Part shown: in pieces, positions 34,447-45,277 of the stretch | How the letters are laid out: the number at the start of each line of letters is the position of its first letter | Numbering within the stretch: position 1 is the stretch's first letter | Source of the DNA: an uncultured bacterium | Lineage (GTDB): Bacteria > Lernaellota > Lernaellaia > Lernaellales > Lernaellaceae | Assembly (NCBI GenBank): GCA_964534375.1 | Contig: CAZHPN010000006.1 | Location: 2,787 to 66,786 of the forward strand | Direction of reading: 5' to 3' | DNA: 64,000 bases | The notes under the pieces: model-generated | Told to the model about the DNA's origin: nothing | What the model saw: only the letters and a program-made list of their open reading frames with translations | Databases searched by the model: none | Program-made: the position numbers and the translations under genes

Positions 34447-35313
34447 TTACACCCGCAACCACGCGGTTGGCAACAAGTCGCCGGTTTGCGCGTCCCACCG
34501 CGGATCGTCAAACCAGCGCCGCGGCGCGACCACGATCTTGTCGGGATGACGGTTGAGCCACGCCGCCCACCAACTGAACGAACTGTTGGCGATGATCTGG
34601 CTTCGACAGCAACTCATCAGCGTCAGGTCCAGCCAACCGCGATCGGGGCCGTTGTGCTCGACATATTCGACGGGCGCTGCAACGCGCCAATTTTCACGGA
34701 CCCAGGCAACGTCGTCGGAAAAGACGAAAAAATGCGGGTTGGCGACCCGCGACCCGATCGCGTCGAGAGCGCGCTGATAGTATTCCAACGGGCGGGCGCC
34801 ATGCACGGCGGCGCTCGTCGGATGGGTGACATAGTCCCCGCGGCGAAAGTGCACGCCCACCGAATCCGTCGACCGCATCCGGGACGCAATTTCGTCGTTT
34901 TGCGCCGAGAACGGGGCCTGCAAACTAAATTCGTCGCGAATGAGACCGGCGATATCGAGGAAATATTTCTCGCTCTGCCAGTAGCCGACCAGGTAGGCGT
35001 CAGCCGGCGCTTGCATCACCGCCGGATCGAAGCCAAAGCCGCGCTCCCGCCAGATCCGGCGATCGGCGCGGCGGAAATACGGCAGCATGGCGCGCCACCG
35101 GCCTCCCGTGAAATCGCGCAACTCGTCATTGTCGATGAATTTCTCCTGGATTCGGAAGGGACTCAATTCGTATCGCCGCGGAACCGGCGATGGCTCGGCG
35201 TACCAGGACAAATCCAGCCGCAGTTCGGCCCGACGCGCGTGGGCTAGGCGCCGCGCGGCCGCGTATTGAAATAGTTGATTACCCAGGCCGCCCATTAGCC
35301 GGACGACGATCAT
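34447..35313 (-). CDS. Alpha-1,2-fucosyltransferase (GT11)
   Basis: GT11 motifs MIVVRLMGGLGNQLFQYA, HFRRGDY and a C-terminal SSFSWWAAWL. Confidence 0.75.
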   Translation of the reverse strand: MIVVRLMGGLGNQLFQYAAARRLAHARRAELRLDLSWYAEPSPVPRRYELSPFRIQEKFIDNDELRDFTGGRWRAMLPYFRRADRRIWRERGFGFDPAVMQAPADAYLVGYWQSEKYFLDIAGLIRDEFSLQAPFSAQNDEIASRMRSTDSVGVHFRRGDYVTHPTSAAVHGARPLEYYQRALDAIGSRVANPHFFVFSDDVAWVRENWRVAAPVEYVEHNGPDRGWLDLTLMSCCRSQIIANSSFSWWAAWLNRHPDKIVVAPRRWFDDPRWDAQTGDLLPTAWLRV

Positions 35314-35506
35314 TTTGTTTGTTCCGCCGAGACTGTTCGCGTCAACATCGTGAATCCCGTGGTATGGCCGCACTCTGCGCGCCCGCCGCGCGGCAATCAG
35401 CCGACCCGATAGTACCGGATTTCGCCGCCCTGCGACAAGTTTGTTCGCCGCGTGAACTTCTTCTTGACAGCGGCGACCGTTTTGTTCATTCTGTGAACAT
35501 CAGGGT

Positions 35507-36145
35507 TTGGGCATGATTCAGAATGAAAATCTCGAACTGAAGATTCTCGAAGAAATCGAGCAGCGCGGCACGTTCACCCAGCGCGATCTGTCGCGGAAGT
35601 TGCGCATCGCGCTGGGTCTATCGAACGCGTACATCCGGCGGCTCGTGGAAAAAGGCTACGTGATGGTGACGACCATGCCGCGCCATCGCGTCTTCTACAA
35701 CCTCACGCCCAAAGGCATCCTGGAGAAGAGCCGCCTGACGCTGCTGTACATGCGCGACTCGCTTCACTATTACCGCGATTTGCGCGAGCGGATCGGCAGG
35801 ACGTTGCAGGCGCTCCACGAGCGAAACGCGCGCCGGGTGGTCATCCTCGGCACGGGCGAAATCGCGGAGATCGTCTACATCATGCTGCGCCAAACCGGCA
35901 TGGAGCCAGTCGCGGTCGTCGAGATCGCCCCGAAAAAGGCCCATTTTCTGGGCCTGGAAGTCTTTGGCGTCGAACGTCTCCGAGGGGCCGATTTCGATGC
36001 ACTGGTCGTGGCCGAAGACCCGTGGGAAAACCCCGCCGCGCTCGAAAAACTGATCGCCGATCGACGTTTGCCGGTCGAAAAGATGACGTTCTTCACCGGC
36101 GAGCCGGTCGTCGCGCCGCCGGCCGCGGCGGGAGACGCGCCATGA
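35507..36145 (+). CDS. Winged-helix transcriptional regulator with a C-terminal Rossmann/CoA-binding-like domain (EPS-cluster regulator candidate)
   Basis: N-terminal wHTH (LKILEEIEQRGTFTQRDLSRKLRIALGLSNAYIRRLVEKGYV) and C-terminal VVILGTGEIAEIV nucleotide-binding-like segment. Divergent from the GT genes, first gene of the plus-strand operon. Confidence 0.5.
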   Translation: MGMIQNENLELKILEEIEQRGTFTQRDLSRKLRIALGLSNAYIRRLVEKGYVMVTTMPRHRVFYNLTPKGILEKSRLTLLYMRDSLHYYRDLRERIGRTLQALHERNARRVVILGTGEIAEIVYIMLRQTGMEPVAVVEIAPKKAHFLGLEVFGVERLRGADFDALVVAEDPWENPAALEKLIADRRLPVEKMTFFTGEPVVAPPAAAGDAP

Positions 36146-36990
36146 GCGCTGACGCTAATGCGCGACCGGACAGGGTCACCGTCATCCAGCCGCAAACCGG
36201 TTGGCTGCCGATCGATTTTGCCGAATTGTGGTCCCATCGCGGACTGCTCGGCTTTCTGGTCTTGCGCGACCTCAAGGTGAAATACAAGCAAACGGCGCTC
36301 GGCGTGGCGTGGGCGTTCCTGCAGCCGCTCGTCAAAATGGCGATCTTCACACTCTTCTTCGGCCGCTTGGCGAAAGTGCCGTCGGAGGGCGTGCCCTACG
36401 CCGTGTTCTCGTTTGCGGCGCTGCTGCCCTGGACATATTTCGATACGGCGCTCTCGTTTTCGAGCACGAGCCTCGTGGCCAACGCGCCGTTGCTGTCGAA
36501 GGTCTATCTGCCACGCCTGATGTTGCCGACCGCGGCGGCGATCGCGCCGCTGGCCGACTTCGCGATCAGCCTGCTGCTGCTCTTCGTCTTGCTGCCGCTG
36601 TATCACGTGCCGCTGACGTGGCGGCTCGTTTGGGCGCTGCCGTTCATCGCGTTGACCGCCGTCACGGCGCTAGGCTGCGGCCTGTGGTTGTCCGCCATCA
36701 ACGTCAAGTACCGCGACGTGCAATACACCGTGCCGTTCCTGATGCAAATCTGGCTGTTCTTGACGCCCGTCGTTTATCCGTCGGGCCTGGTGCCGCCGGC
36801 CTACCGCGTGTTGTACGGCCTGAATCCGATGGTGGCGGCCGTCGAAGGCTTTCGCTGGGCGGCGCTGCCCGGCACGGCGTTTCCGTCGGCGCCGATGATG
36901 GCCGTTTCGCTCGTCGTCAGCCTGTCGCTGCTGATCGGCGGCGCGCATTTCTTCACGCGGCTGGAACGCGAATTCGCGGACGTGGTGTAA
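36142..36990 (+). CDS. wzm: ABC-2 type polysaccharide export permease (Wzm/KpsM family)
   Basis: Six TM helices, ABC2_membrane signature (LRDLKVKYKQTALGVAWAFLQPL). ATGA overlaps with both neighbours. Confidence 0.8.
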   Translation: MSADANARPDRVTVIQPQTGWLPIDFAELWSHRGLLGFLVLRDLKVKYKQTALGVAWAFLQPLVKMAIFTLFFGRLAKVPSEGVPYAVFSFAALLPWTYFDTALSFSSTSLVANAPLLSKVYLPRLMLPTAAAIAPLADFAISLLLLFVLLPLYHVPLTWRLVWALPFIALTAVTALGCGLWLSAINVKYRDVQYTVPFLMQIWLFLTPVVYPSGLVPPAYRVLYGLNPMVAAVEGFRWAALPGTAFPSAPMMAVSLVVSLSLLIGGAHFFTRLEREFADVV

Positions 36991-38291
36991 TGAACGGCGA
37001 CGTCGTCATCGCTGTTTCCGGCTTGTCCAAGCGGTACGTCTTGAACTCGGCCCGCGCGTCGTACGGCTCGATGCGCGATTCCTTCGGCGCGTTGCTCGGC
37101 CGGCTGGCGCGACCCGGCGAACGTCAGCCGGCGCCGGAGCCTTTTTGGGCGTTGAAGGACGTTTCGTTCGAAGTAAGACGCGGCGAGGTGCTGGGCGTGA
37201 TCGGCCGCAACGGCGCCGGCAAGAGCACGCTGCTGAAAATTCTCTCGCGCATCACGCCGCCGACCGAGGGCCGCATCGAAATCCGTGGTCGTGTCGGCAC
37301 CTTGCTCGAGGTGGGCACCGGTTTCCACCCCGAACTGAGCGGCCGCGAGAACATCTACATGAACGGCGCCATCCTGGGCATGACCCGCGCCGAGATCACC
37401 CGCAAATTCGATGAAATCGTCACGTTCGCCGAAATCGAACGATTTCTCGACACGCCCGTCAAACGCTATTCCAGCGGCATGTATGTGCGCCTGGCGTTCG
37501 CGGTGGCGGCGCATCTCGAGGCCGAGATTCTGCTTTCCGACGAGGTGCTTGCCGTCGGCGACCTCGAATTTCAAAAGAAGTGCATGGGGAAAATGAGCGC
37601 CGTCGCCAAGGCCGGACGAACGGTGCTGTTCGTCAGCCATAATATGGGCGTCGTCAGCCGCCTCTGTCCCAAGGCGATTCTGCTGCACGGAGGTCGGCTC
37701 GAGAAATACGGCGCGGTCGAAGATGTCGTCTGCGCGTATCTTGCCGCCACATCGTCGGCGAAAGAAGGCGAACGGACGTGGAGTGAAAACGACGCTCCCG
37801 GCGACGAGACCGTGCGACTTCGCGCCGTCCGCATCACGGATGAAGCCGGCGTCCCCGCCGGCGTTTTCGACATTCGCAAACCGGTGTTCGTCGAGATCGA
37901 GTACGAAGTGCGACGGCCGACGAATCATCTGCGGATGGCCTACCGCCTGGCCGGCGGCGACGGTACGTTGATCTTCACGGCGGCCGACACCAATAACCCG
38001 GAATGGAATGGCAAGCTGCGCGCCCCGGGCATGTACGTGAGTCGTTGCGCCATCCCCGCAAATTTTCTCAACGAAGGCGAGTACGGCCTCCAATCGGTCG
38101 CCGCGGACTTCCCTTTTCAAAAAATTGCGTTTTTCGAAGAAAACGTGATGCGGTTTCATGTCGCGCAAACGGGTGGCCTGAGCGGGCAATACCCGGAAAA
38201 ATGGCCCGGTGTGATTTGTCCGTCGTTGCCGTGGACGGTTCGCCGCGCGCCCGATGGCGAGCGGGATCGAACCCAAGAGGGAAGCGCATGA
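36990..38291 (+). CDS. wzt: Polysaccharide ABC exporter ATP-binding protein with a C-terminal carbohydrate-binding extension (Wzt)
   Basis: Walker A GRNGAGKST, signature YSSGMYVRLAFA, Walker B LLSDEVLAVGD. An extra C-terminal beta-rich domain of about 180 aa, as in Wzt of the O8/O9a type. Confidence 0.85.
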   Translation: MNGDVVIAVSGLSKRYVLNSARASYGSMRDSFGALLGRLARPGERQPAPEPFWALKDVSFEVRRGEVLGVIGRNGAGKSTLLKILSRITPPTEGRIEIRGRVGTLLEVGTGFHPELSGRENIYMNGAILGMTRAEITRKFDEIVTFAEIERFLDTPVKRYSSGMYVRLAFAVAAHLEAEILLSDEVLAVGDLEFQKKCMGKMSAVAKAGRTVLFVSHNMGVVSRLCPKAILLHGGRLEKYGAVEDVVCAYLAATSSAKEGERTWSENDAPGDETVRLRAVRITDEAGVPAGVFDIRKPVFVEIEYEVRRPTNHLRMAYRLAGGDGTLIFTAADTNNPEWNGKLRAPGMYVSRCAIPANFLNEGEYGLQSVAADFPFQKIAFFEENVMRFHVAQTGGLSGQYPEKWPGVICPSLPWTVRRAPDGERDRTQEGSA

Positions 38292-39097
38292 ACGAACCCT
38301 GGATCGACGCGGCGCCCAAACGGCTCGGGGACTCGCCGTTGCTGCCGGCGCTGGCGCACGATTATCCGCTGGCGCCCTCGATCGTCCTGGTGCGAACCGC
38401 CGAAGCGGAGCTGCTGCGTGCGGCCCCGATCGTTCCGCCCGTTCTCGACCTCTGCTGCGGCGATGGGTTGTTCGCTTCCCTGATCCGCCCAGCCGGTTTC
38501 GACGCCGGCTGCGATCTTTCCGAGTATTCCCTGGACCTCGCCGCCAAGCGCGGCATTCACCGGTCGCTGGCGCACGCGGACGTTTCCCAACGTCTCCCTT
38601 ACAGCGATGGAACTTTCGCCACCATCGTCAGCAACAGTTCGCTGGAGCACGTCCAGGACGTCGACGCCGCCTTGGCCGAGGCGGCGCGGGTCCTGCAGCA
38701 CGGCGGGCGGCTCTATGTAACGTTCAACTCCAACTTCGCCTACGAATGGTGGCCGTGCGGAAGACGAGCGATGGCGCGGTACCTCTGGCATCAACCGGTC
38801 TATCATCACGACGACGTGGAAACGTGGACGGCGCGCGCGCAGACGGCCGGATTGCAGATGCGCGGCCACGTGTATTATCTCGGGCGGCGGGCGACGGAAG
38901 CGCTGATGTTTCTGGACTATCACTTCAGCCGCGTGTATCTCACCGAGGACAGGACCGTCGCGCGCTATCTCATCCAATTCATGCGGCGCCTGCCCGAGTC
39001 GCTGTGGGCCTGGCTCTGGCGAAAGTTGTTCGCCCGAATCCGGATTTTGCCGCCAGGACCCGGCGGCGGCGTTTTGCTCGTCATGGAGAAACCGTGA
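38288..39097 (+). CDS. Class I SAM-dependent methyltransferase
   Basis: VLDLCCGDGLF...LQHGGRLYVTFN (Methyltransf_11/25). ATG at 38288 overlaps the wzt stop. Confidence 0.7.
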   Translation: MNEPWIDAAPKRLGDSPLLPALAHDYPLAPSIVLVRTAEAELLRAAPIVPPVLDLCCGDGLFASLIRPAGFDAGCDLSEYSLDLAAKRGIHRSLAHADVSQRLPYSDGTFATIVSNSSLEHVQDVDAALAEAARVLQHGGRLYVTFNSNFAYEWWPCGRRAMARYLWHQPVYHHDDVETWTARAQTAGLQMRGHVYYLGRRATEALMFLDYHFSRVYLTEDRTVARYLIQFMRRLPESLWAWLWRKLFARIRILPPGPGGGVLLVMEKP

Positions 39098-39166
39098 CGC
39101 CGACGCGAATTCGCATCGTCCGCTTCCGCGCGCCGGCGATGGGGGCGTCACCGAGGGATTTGCAAC

Positions 39167-40249
39167 ATGCACGCTAGACCGCGGATCACAGCGTACTGTC
39201 TGGAGTGGCACGCGAGCCGCAGCCGCGCCTTTTATGACATGCTGGTCGAGCCGGTGTCGGAACACGTTGAGGTTGCGCTCGTCGCCTGGGACGGCCAATC
39301 GCCGCTCCCGCCCGCGGTCGGCGACGCCGGAACGCCCCTGGTCTTCTGCCAATTGCCGCCGCCCGCCTCCGTGTTCGAGCGCGCCGGCGCCCGCGTGGTG
39401 TGGCTGCCCATGTTCGATCAAGCAGACGGATACGGGACCGATTGGTGGAACGGTCTCGACAAGCGGCTGCGGGTCGTCTCGTTCAGCCGCGCCTTGACGC
39501 GGCGGGCGCAAGCCGTCGGCCTGAAGGTTTTGCCGCTGCAGCTTTTCAAGAATCCGCGAGACTTCGCGCCGGCGAACTGGTCGGAAGGCCTCGTCGGTTT
39601 TTACTGGAATCGTACGGGCCTCGCGAGTCCGCGCTTTCTGGAACGCTTTTGTGCAACGCTCCAGCTCAAGAAACTGCTGTTTCTGCCGACGCTCGATCCG
39701 CACATTCCGACTGGAGTCGCGTATTCTCTGCCGCCCAGGCTGGGCGGCGCCGTTGTGCAACAGGTCGGCGCGGATTGGGATCGCGCGGCGTTCCTCAAGT
39801 CCATTGAGAAGGCGAATGTTTTTCTGGCGCCTCGCGCGCGGGAAGGCGTCGGCATGCTCATGCTCGAGCTGATGGCGCGCGGTTGCGCCGTGTTTGCGTA
39901 CGACGGTCCGACGATGAGCGAGTATGTGGCGCATGGGGAAAACGGCTACCTGTTTCCGCGCGCCGTCCCGCGCAACCCGGTCGTCAACTTGACGCGCAGG
40001 CTCGGGCACGCCGCCAAGCGGCGAATGGGCGTCCCGGCGCCTGCCTTCGGGCTCGACGATCGGCAAAACTGGCCGGCGTTGGCGGCCGTGAGCCCGCGTC
40101 GCATCGGCGATTGCGCGCGCCAGCGCAGCGAGGCTGGTTTCGCCGCCTGGGTTTTACGGCACGATGAATATGCTTCATTCTTGCTGGATTGGGGCGACGG
40201 GAATCGAGGGGCGCGCGAGACGCTCACGGAGGACCATCGAGAATCATGA
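39167..40249 (+). CDS. Glycosyltransferase (GT-B, GT4-like C-terminal domain)
   Basis: The C-terminal segment EGVGMLMLELMARGCAVFAYDGPTMSEYVAHGENGYLF matches the GT4 nucleotide-sugar-binding region. Confidence 0.55.
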   Translation: MHARPRITAYCLEWHASRSRAFYDMLVEPVSEHVEVALVAWDGQSPLPPAVGDAGTPLVFCQLPPPASVFERAGARVVWLPMFDQADGYGTDWWNGLDKRLRVVSFSRALTRRAQAVGLKVLPLQLFKNPRDFAPANWSEGLVGFYWNRTGLASPRFLERFCATLQLKKLLFLPTLDPHIPTGVAYSLPPRLGGAVVQQVGADWDRAAFLKSIEKANVFLAPRAREGVGMLMLELMARGCAVFAYDGPTMSEYVAHGENGYLFPRAVPRNPVVNLTRRLGHAAKRRMGVPAPAFGLDDRQNWPALAAVSPRRIGDCARQRSEAGFAAWVLRHDEYASFLLDWGDGNRGARETLTEDHRES

Positions 40250-41112
40250 GCAACGAACCGGCGCTCTCCGTCGTCCTCGGGGCCTACAATCGCAAGCCGT
40301 TTCTCAAGGCGACCATGGAGAGTTTGCGGCGCGAGATCGACGGCCTCGCCGCCGAGATGATCGTCGTCGATGGCGGCTCCACCGACGGGTCGCTGCGCTG
40401 GCTGGCCCGGCAGAAGGACATCCTGACCATCGTCCAACACAACCGGGGACTGTGGCGGGGCCGGCCGATCGCGCGGCGGTCGTGGGGCTATTTCATGAAC
40501 CTGGCGTTCAAATGCGCCCAGGGAAAGTACATCTTGATGGTCAGCGACGATTGCCTGCTCGTTCCCGGCGCGGTCCGGGCCGGATTGCAACTATTCGAGG
40601 AGCGCTTGGCCAAAGGAGACCGGCTTGGCGCGGTGGCGTTTTACTGGCGGAATTGGCCGGAGCAGAAGGAGTATTGGGTCGGGCTGACATTCGAACGGAT
40701 GTTCGTCAACCACGGTCTTTTCCTGCGCAGCGCCCTGTCGCATATCGGCTGGATCGACGAGGATTCCTTTTTCTTTTATCACGCCGACAGCGATCTGGCC
40801 CTGCGCCTGTGGGACGCGGGTTATCAGGTGATCGACTGTCCGGGGGCCTTCGTCGAGCATTTCACCCACGCGACCGTCGCCGTGCGAGAAACCAATCTGG
40901 AGCGGCAGCAGAAGGATTGGGGCGCTTACCTCGCGCGGTGGCGCCAAGTGTACAAAACGGAAGCAGACGGACGATGGCTGACGCGCGCGTACGACGACCC
41001 GGAGCGGACCTATCGGCGGTTTCCCCGCCTGCAGGTTGGCCGGAGCCGTCTGAACCAGGAAATCGCCCGCCTCGCCGGGTTCCTCGCGCGCGTGCGTTCT
41101 CGCCTGGCATAG
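40246..41112 (+). CDS. Glycosyltransferase family 2
   Basis: LSVVLGAYNRKPFLKATMESL...MIVVDGGSTDGS. Start ATG at 40246 overlaps the upstream stop. Confidence 0.75.
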   Translation: MSNEPALSVVLGAYNRKPFLKATMESLRREIDGLAAEMIVVDGGSTDGSLRWLARQKDILTIVQHNRGLWRGRPIARRSWGYFMNLAFKCAQGKYILMVSDDCLLVPGAVRAGLQLFEERLAKGDRLGAVAFYWRNWPEQKEYWVGLTFERMFVNHGLFLRSALSHIGWIDEDSFFFYHADSDLALRLWDAGYQVIDCPGAFVEHFTHATVAVRETNLERQQKDWGAYLARWRQVYKTEADGRWLTRAYDDPERTYRRFPRLQVGRSRLNQEIARLAGFLARVRSRLA

Positions 41113-41152
41113 CGCCATCGGGGCGCGGAGATGGTTGATGAGGATCTGACCG

Positions 41153-42115
41153 ATGAAACAGCTTCTTTCCCAATGGAAACGCCGGCTCGCCGATTCCAGC
41201 TTCGCCGCCGTCGACCGCCTGCGGTTCCAATTTCTCTCCGACCGCGAGAAACAACTGGTTTACGACTTGCGTGCGGACGTCGCCCGCCTGGCCCCGTTGC
41301 CCGCTTCCGCAACGACTCCCGAATCTCAGTTTTGGGGACATTTTTCCGAGTTGATCGGAACGCATATCGCGAACGCAAACCCCGATCGGTTTTTGACGTG
41401 GCAGCCGATTATCAACACGATGTTCGTCTGGAATGAGAACTACATCGCGACTGAATACGCTTACTTGCAGAATCGTCCCGACTGGCTTTCCCGCTGGCGG
41501 CCGGCCATTCGCGAGAACCCATTCGGCAGGCCGCGACCCTATCCGGCCGATCCCACGACCAGTGAAAATTTGATTCACCATGCCCACCATTTGGCCGCTT
41601 TCGAGGAAATCATCGGCGTTCCGGTGGACGCCCTCGAATTCGTCTGCGAATTCGGCGGCGGCTACGGCAGCATGTGCCGGCTTTTTCATAATCTGAATTT
41701 CAAAGGCAAATACGTCATCTTCGACTTGCCGATTCTCTCGTGTTTGCAACGATATTATTTGAAGGCGATCGGGTTGCGCGCCGCGGCGGACGCCGCGTTC
41801 GGCGCGAGCGACGACATTGCCTGCATTCACGACGCAGCCGCATGGAACAGTGCGCTCACTCCGGCGGCCTCAAACGCAAAATCATTGTTCATCTCGACCT
41901 GGGCGATTAGCGAAACGCCGATCGATTACCGACCGACGGTTCTGAAAAATCTCGGCGCCTTCAACCAGTTTCTCTTTGCCTTCCAGGAAAAATTTCAGAG
42001 CGCCGACAATCTCGAATATTTTTCGGCGTTGATGAAATCGATGTCCGATGTGCAGTGGACGATGGTCCCCATTCGACACCTGCCGGGACACCGCTACCTG
42101 TTCGGGCGGCGATGA
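41153..42115 (+). CDS. Putative sugar O-methyltransferase (SAM-dependent)
   Basis: Glycine-rich SAM-binding loop EFGGGYGSMCRLF. Sits in the glycan cluster. Confidence 0.5.
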   Translation: MKQLLSQWKRRLADSSFAAVDRLRFQFLSDREKQLVYDLRADVARLAPLPASATTPESQFWGHFSELIGTHIANANPDRFLTWQPIINTMFVWNENYIATEYAYLQNRPDWLSRWRPAIRENPFGRPRPYPADPTTSENLIHHAHHLAAFEEIIGVPVDALEFVCEFGGGYGSMCRLFHNLNFKGKYVIFDLPILSCLQRYYLKAIGLRAAADAAFGASDDIACIHDAAAWNSALTPAASNAKSLFISTWAISETPIDYRPTVLKNLGAFNQFLFAFQEKFQSADNLEYFSALMKSMSDVQWTMVPIRHLPGHRYLFGRR

Positions 42116-43005
42116 CCCGACGAGGGGAATGGGCGGAAACGATGCCGACAGAGTGCGCACAAGACGGACCGCTCGTGAGCGTCGTCATTCCGACGTTCAA
42201 TCGCGCCGACTTGCTGCGCCGGGCGCTCCGAAGCGTCGCGGCGCAAACCTACCGCAACCTGGAAGTCCTCGTCGCCGACGACGGTTCGACGGAAGACATC
42301 GCAGCCGTCGTCGCGCAGATCGGCGACGAACGCGTGCGCCATGTTCGCCTGCCGCACGCGGGCAGCGCCGGCGGCGCGCGCAATGGCGTGATGCCGCTCG
42401 TCCGCGGCGAATATTGCGCGTTTCTCGATTCCGACGACGAATGGGAACCGGAGAAAATCGCGCGGCAGACGGCGGTGCTGCGACAGAAGCCCGACGTGGT
42501 ATTGGCGTGGACCAACGCCAAACTGGCGATTGGCGACGCGCCCAGCCACCGGCTGTATTTCAGCGCGCCGATTCGATTGCCCGACGATCCGATCCCGCTC
42601 CTGCTGAAACTCAATCCGGTGATCATTTCCATGTCGATCGGCAAAACCGAGACGCTACGCCGGGCCGGGCCGTTCAGCGAAACCTTGCGCGTGATGGCCG
42701 ACTACGACATGTGGATGCGGGTGTTGAGCGCCGGCCGGGGATACTACGACCCCTGGCCCGGCGGAACCTACCACCGTTATCCCGGAAATTTGAGCGACGT
42801 CGACCTGCTCAGCGACGCCAAGGAGCGGCTGGCGGTCCTGAAGAATTTCGCACGTTGGACGAACAACGCCGGCCACCGGCGACCGGCCGAACGCTATATT
42901 CTCGCGGAGACGGCGCGGCTGCTCTTTCACGCGGTGCGCGGCCGCCGATGGGACGTGGCGCGAAAGGCGTTGTTCCAGACCGACGAGGACGCTTTAAATT
43001 GGTGA
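42112..43005 (+). CDS. Glycosyltransferase family 2
   Basis: VSVVIPTFNRADLLRRALRSVAAQTYRNLEVLVADDGSTED...FLDSDDEWEPEK (GT2 DxD/DSDD). Confidence 0.75.
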   Translation: MTRRGEWAETMPTECAQDGPLVSVVIPTFNRADLLRRALRSVAAQTYRNLEVLVADDGSTEDIAAVVAQIGDERVRHVRLPHAGSAGGARNGVMPLVRGEYCAFLDSDDEWEPEKIARQTAVLRQKPDVVLAWTNAKLAIGDAPSHRLYFSAPIRLPDDPIPLLLKLNPVIISMSIGKTETLRRAGPFSETLRVMADYDMWMRVLSAGRGYYDPWPGGTYHRYPGNLSDVDLLSDAKERLAVLKNFARWTNNAGHRRPAERYILAETARLLFHAVRGRRWDVARKALFQTDEDALNW

Positions 43006-43037
43006 CGATCGGCCGCCGCGCGTCGATTTGAGGCCTG

Positions 43038-44198
43038 ATGCGGATTCTGCACACCGTCGAATTTTATCCTCCGTGCACCGGCGGCGCCCAAGAGGTCGTC
43101 CGCCAGATTTCCGAGCGGCTGGCGCGGCGCGGGCACGAGGTGACGGTCGCCACATCCACATCGCCCGACCGGAACGCGGGGGCTATCGACGGCGTGCGCA
43201 TCGTCGAGTTCGCCGTGTCCGGCAACGCCGTGCGCGGTTTTCGCGGCGAGGTCGGCCGATATCAGGATTTCCTGCGGGACGGTTCGTTCGACGTGGTGTT
43301 GAACTACGCGGCGCAACAGTGGGCCACGGATTTGGCGTTTCCGATCCTCGAGCAGATCGCCGCCGCGAAAGTTCTGGTTCCGTGCGGGTTCTCGGGCTTG
43401 TACGAACCGCGGTACGCGCGTTACTTCGCCGCGATGCCGGATGCGCTGCGGCGCTACAATTTGCTGGTGTTTCACGCCAATTCCTACCGCGATGCCGATT
43501 TCGCCCGGCAACAGGGGATCGCGCACGTGCGCGTGATTCCCAATGGCGCCGCGCACGACGAATTCGCGCCCGTCGACGCCACATTTCGCGACCGCTACGG
43601 CATCGCGGCCGATGCGCCGCTGTTTCTCACCGTCGGCAACCACACCGGCGTCAAGGGCCACGCCGAAGTTCTCGCCGCGTTTCGTCAACTGTGCGTCGAC
43701 AAAGCCGTGCTGCTGATTATCGGCAGCCGGTCGGGGCGCGACGGATGCTCGGGCGCGTGCCGGCGCACCGCGTGGCTGCGTAATCTTTTTTCCCGCGACG
43801 GCAAGAGAATCCTGCTGCTCGATCCGCCGCGGCCCGATGTGGTCGCCGCGTTTCACGCCGCGGACCTGTTCCTGTTCGCCTCCAACGTCGAATACTCGCC
43901 GCTCGTGCTGTTCGAGGCGATGGCGTCGCGGACGCCGTTTCTGTCTGCGCCGTGCGGCAATGCCGAAGAAATCGTCGCGTGGGGCGGCGGCGGCGTGATT
44001 TTGCCGGCGACGCGGCGGCGCGACGGCACGGTTCATGTGGCGGCCGAGACTCTGGCGCGTGCGGCCGAGCAGCTTTTTCACGATGCGGATCGTCGGCGCG
44101 CGTTGGCGGCGCAAGGCCACGCGGCCTGGCTTGGCCGTTTCACCTGGGAAAAACTCGCGCGGGATTACGAGGCGGCGTACGCTTCGCTGCTCGGTTGA
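43038..44198 (+). CDS. Glycosyltransferase family 4
   Basis: GT-B fold. N-terminal MRILHTVEFYPPCTGGAQEV and C-terminal EYSPLVLFEAMASRTPFLSAPCGNAEEIV. Confidence 0.8.
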   Translation: MRILHTVEFYPPCTGGAQEVVRQISERLARRGHEVTVATSTSPDRNAGAIDGVRIVEFAVSGNAVRGFRGEVGRYQDFLRDGSFDVVLNYAAQQWATDLAFPILEQIAAAKVLVPCGFSGLYEPRYARYFAAMPDALRRYNLLVFHANSYRDADFARQQGIAHVRVIPNGAAHDEFAPVDATFRDRYGIAADAPLFLTVGNHTGVKGHAEVLAAFRQLCVDKAVLLIIGSRSGRDGCSGACRRTAWLRNLFSRDGKRILLLDPPRPDVVAAFHAADLFLFASNVEYSPLVLFEAMASRTPFLSAPCGNAEEIVAWGGGGVILPATRRRDGTVHVAAETLARAAEQLFHDADRRRALAAQGHAAWLGRFTWEKLARDYEAAYASLLG

Positions 44199-44216
44199 GC
44201 CCGCCTGGCGCCGCGG

Positions 44217-45209
<993 letters not shown>

Positions 45210-45277
45210 TCAACGGTAACACAGCGCCGAAGGCGGCTGCAACTAATCGACCGGCGGCCATTGCCTCCGGCTCGCGG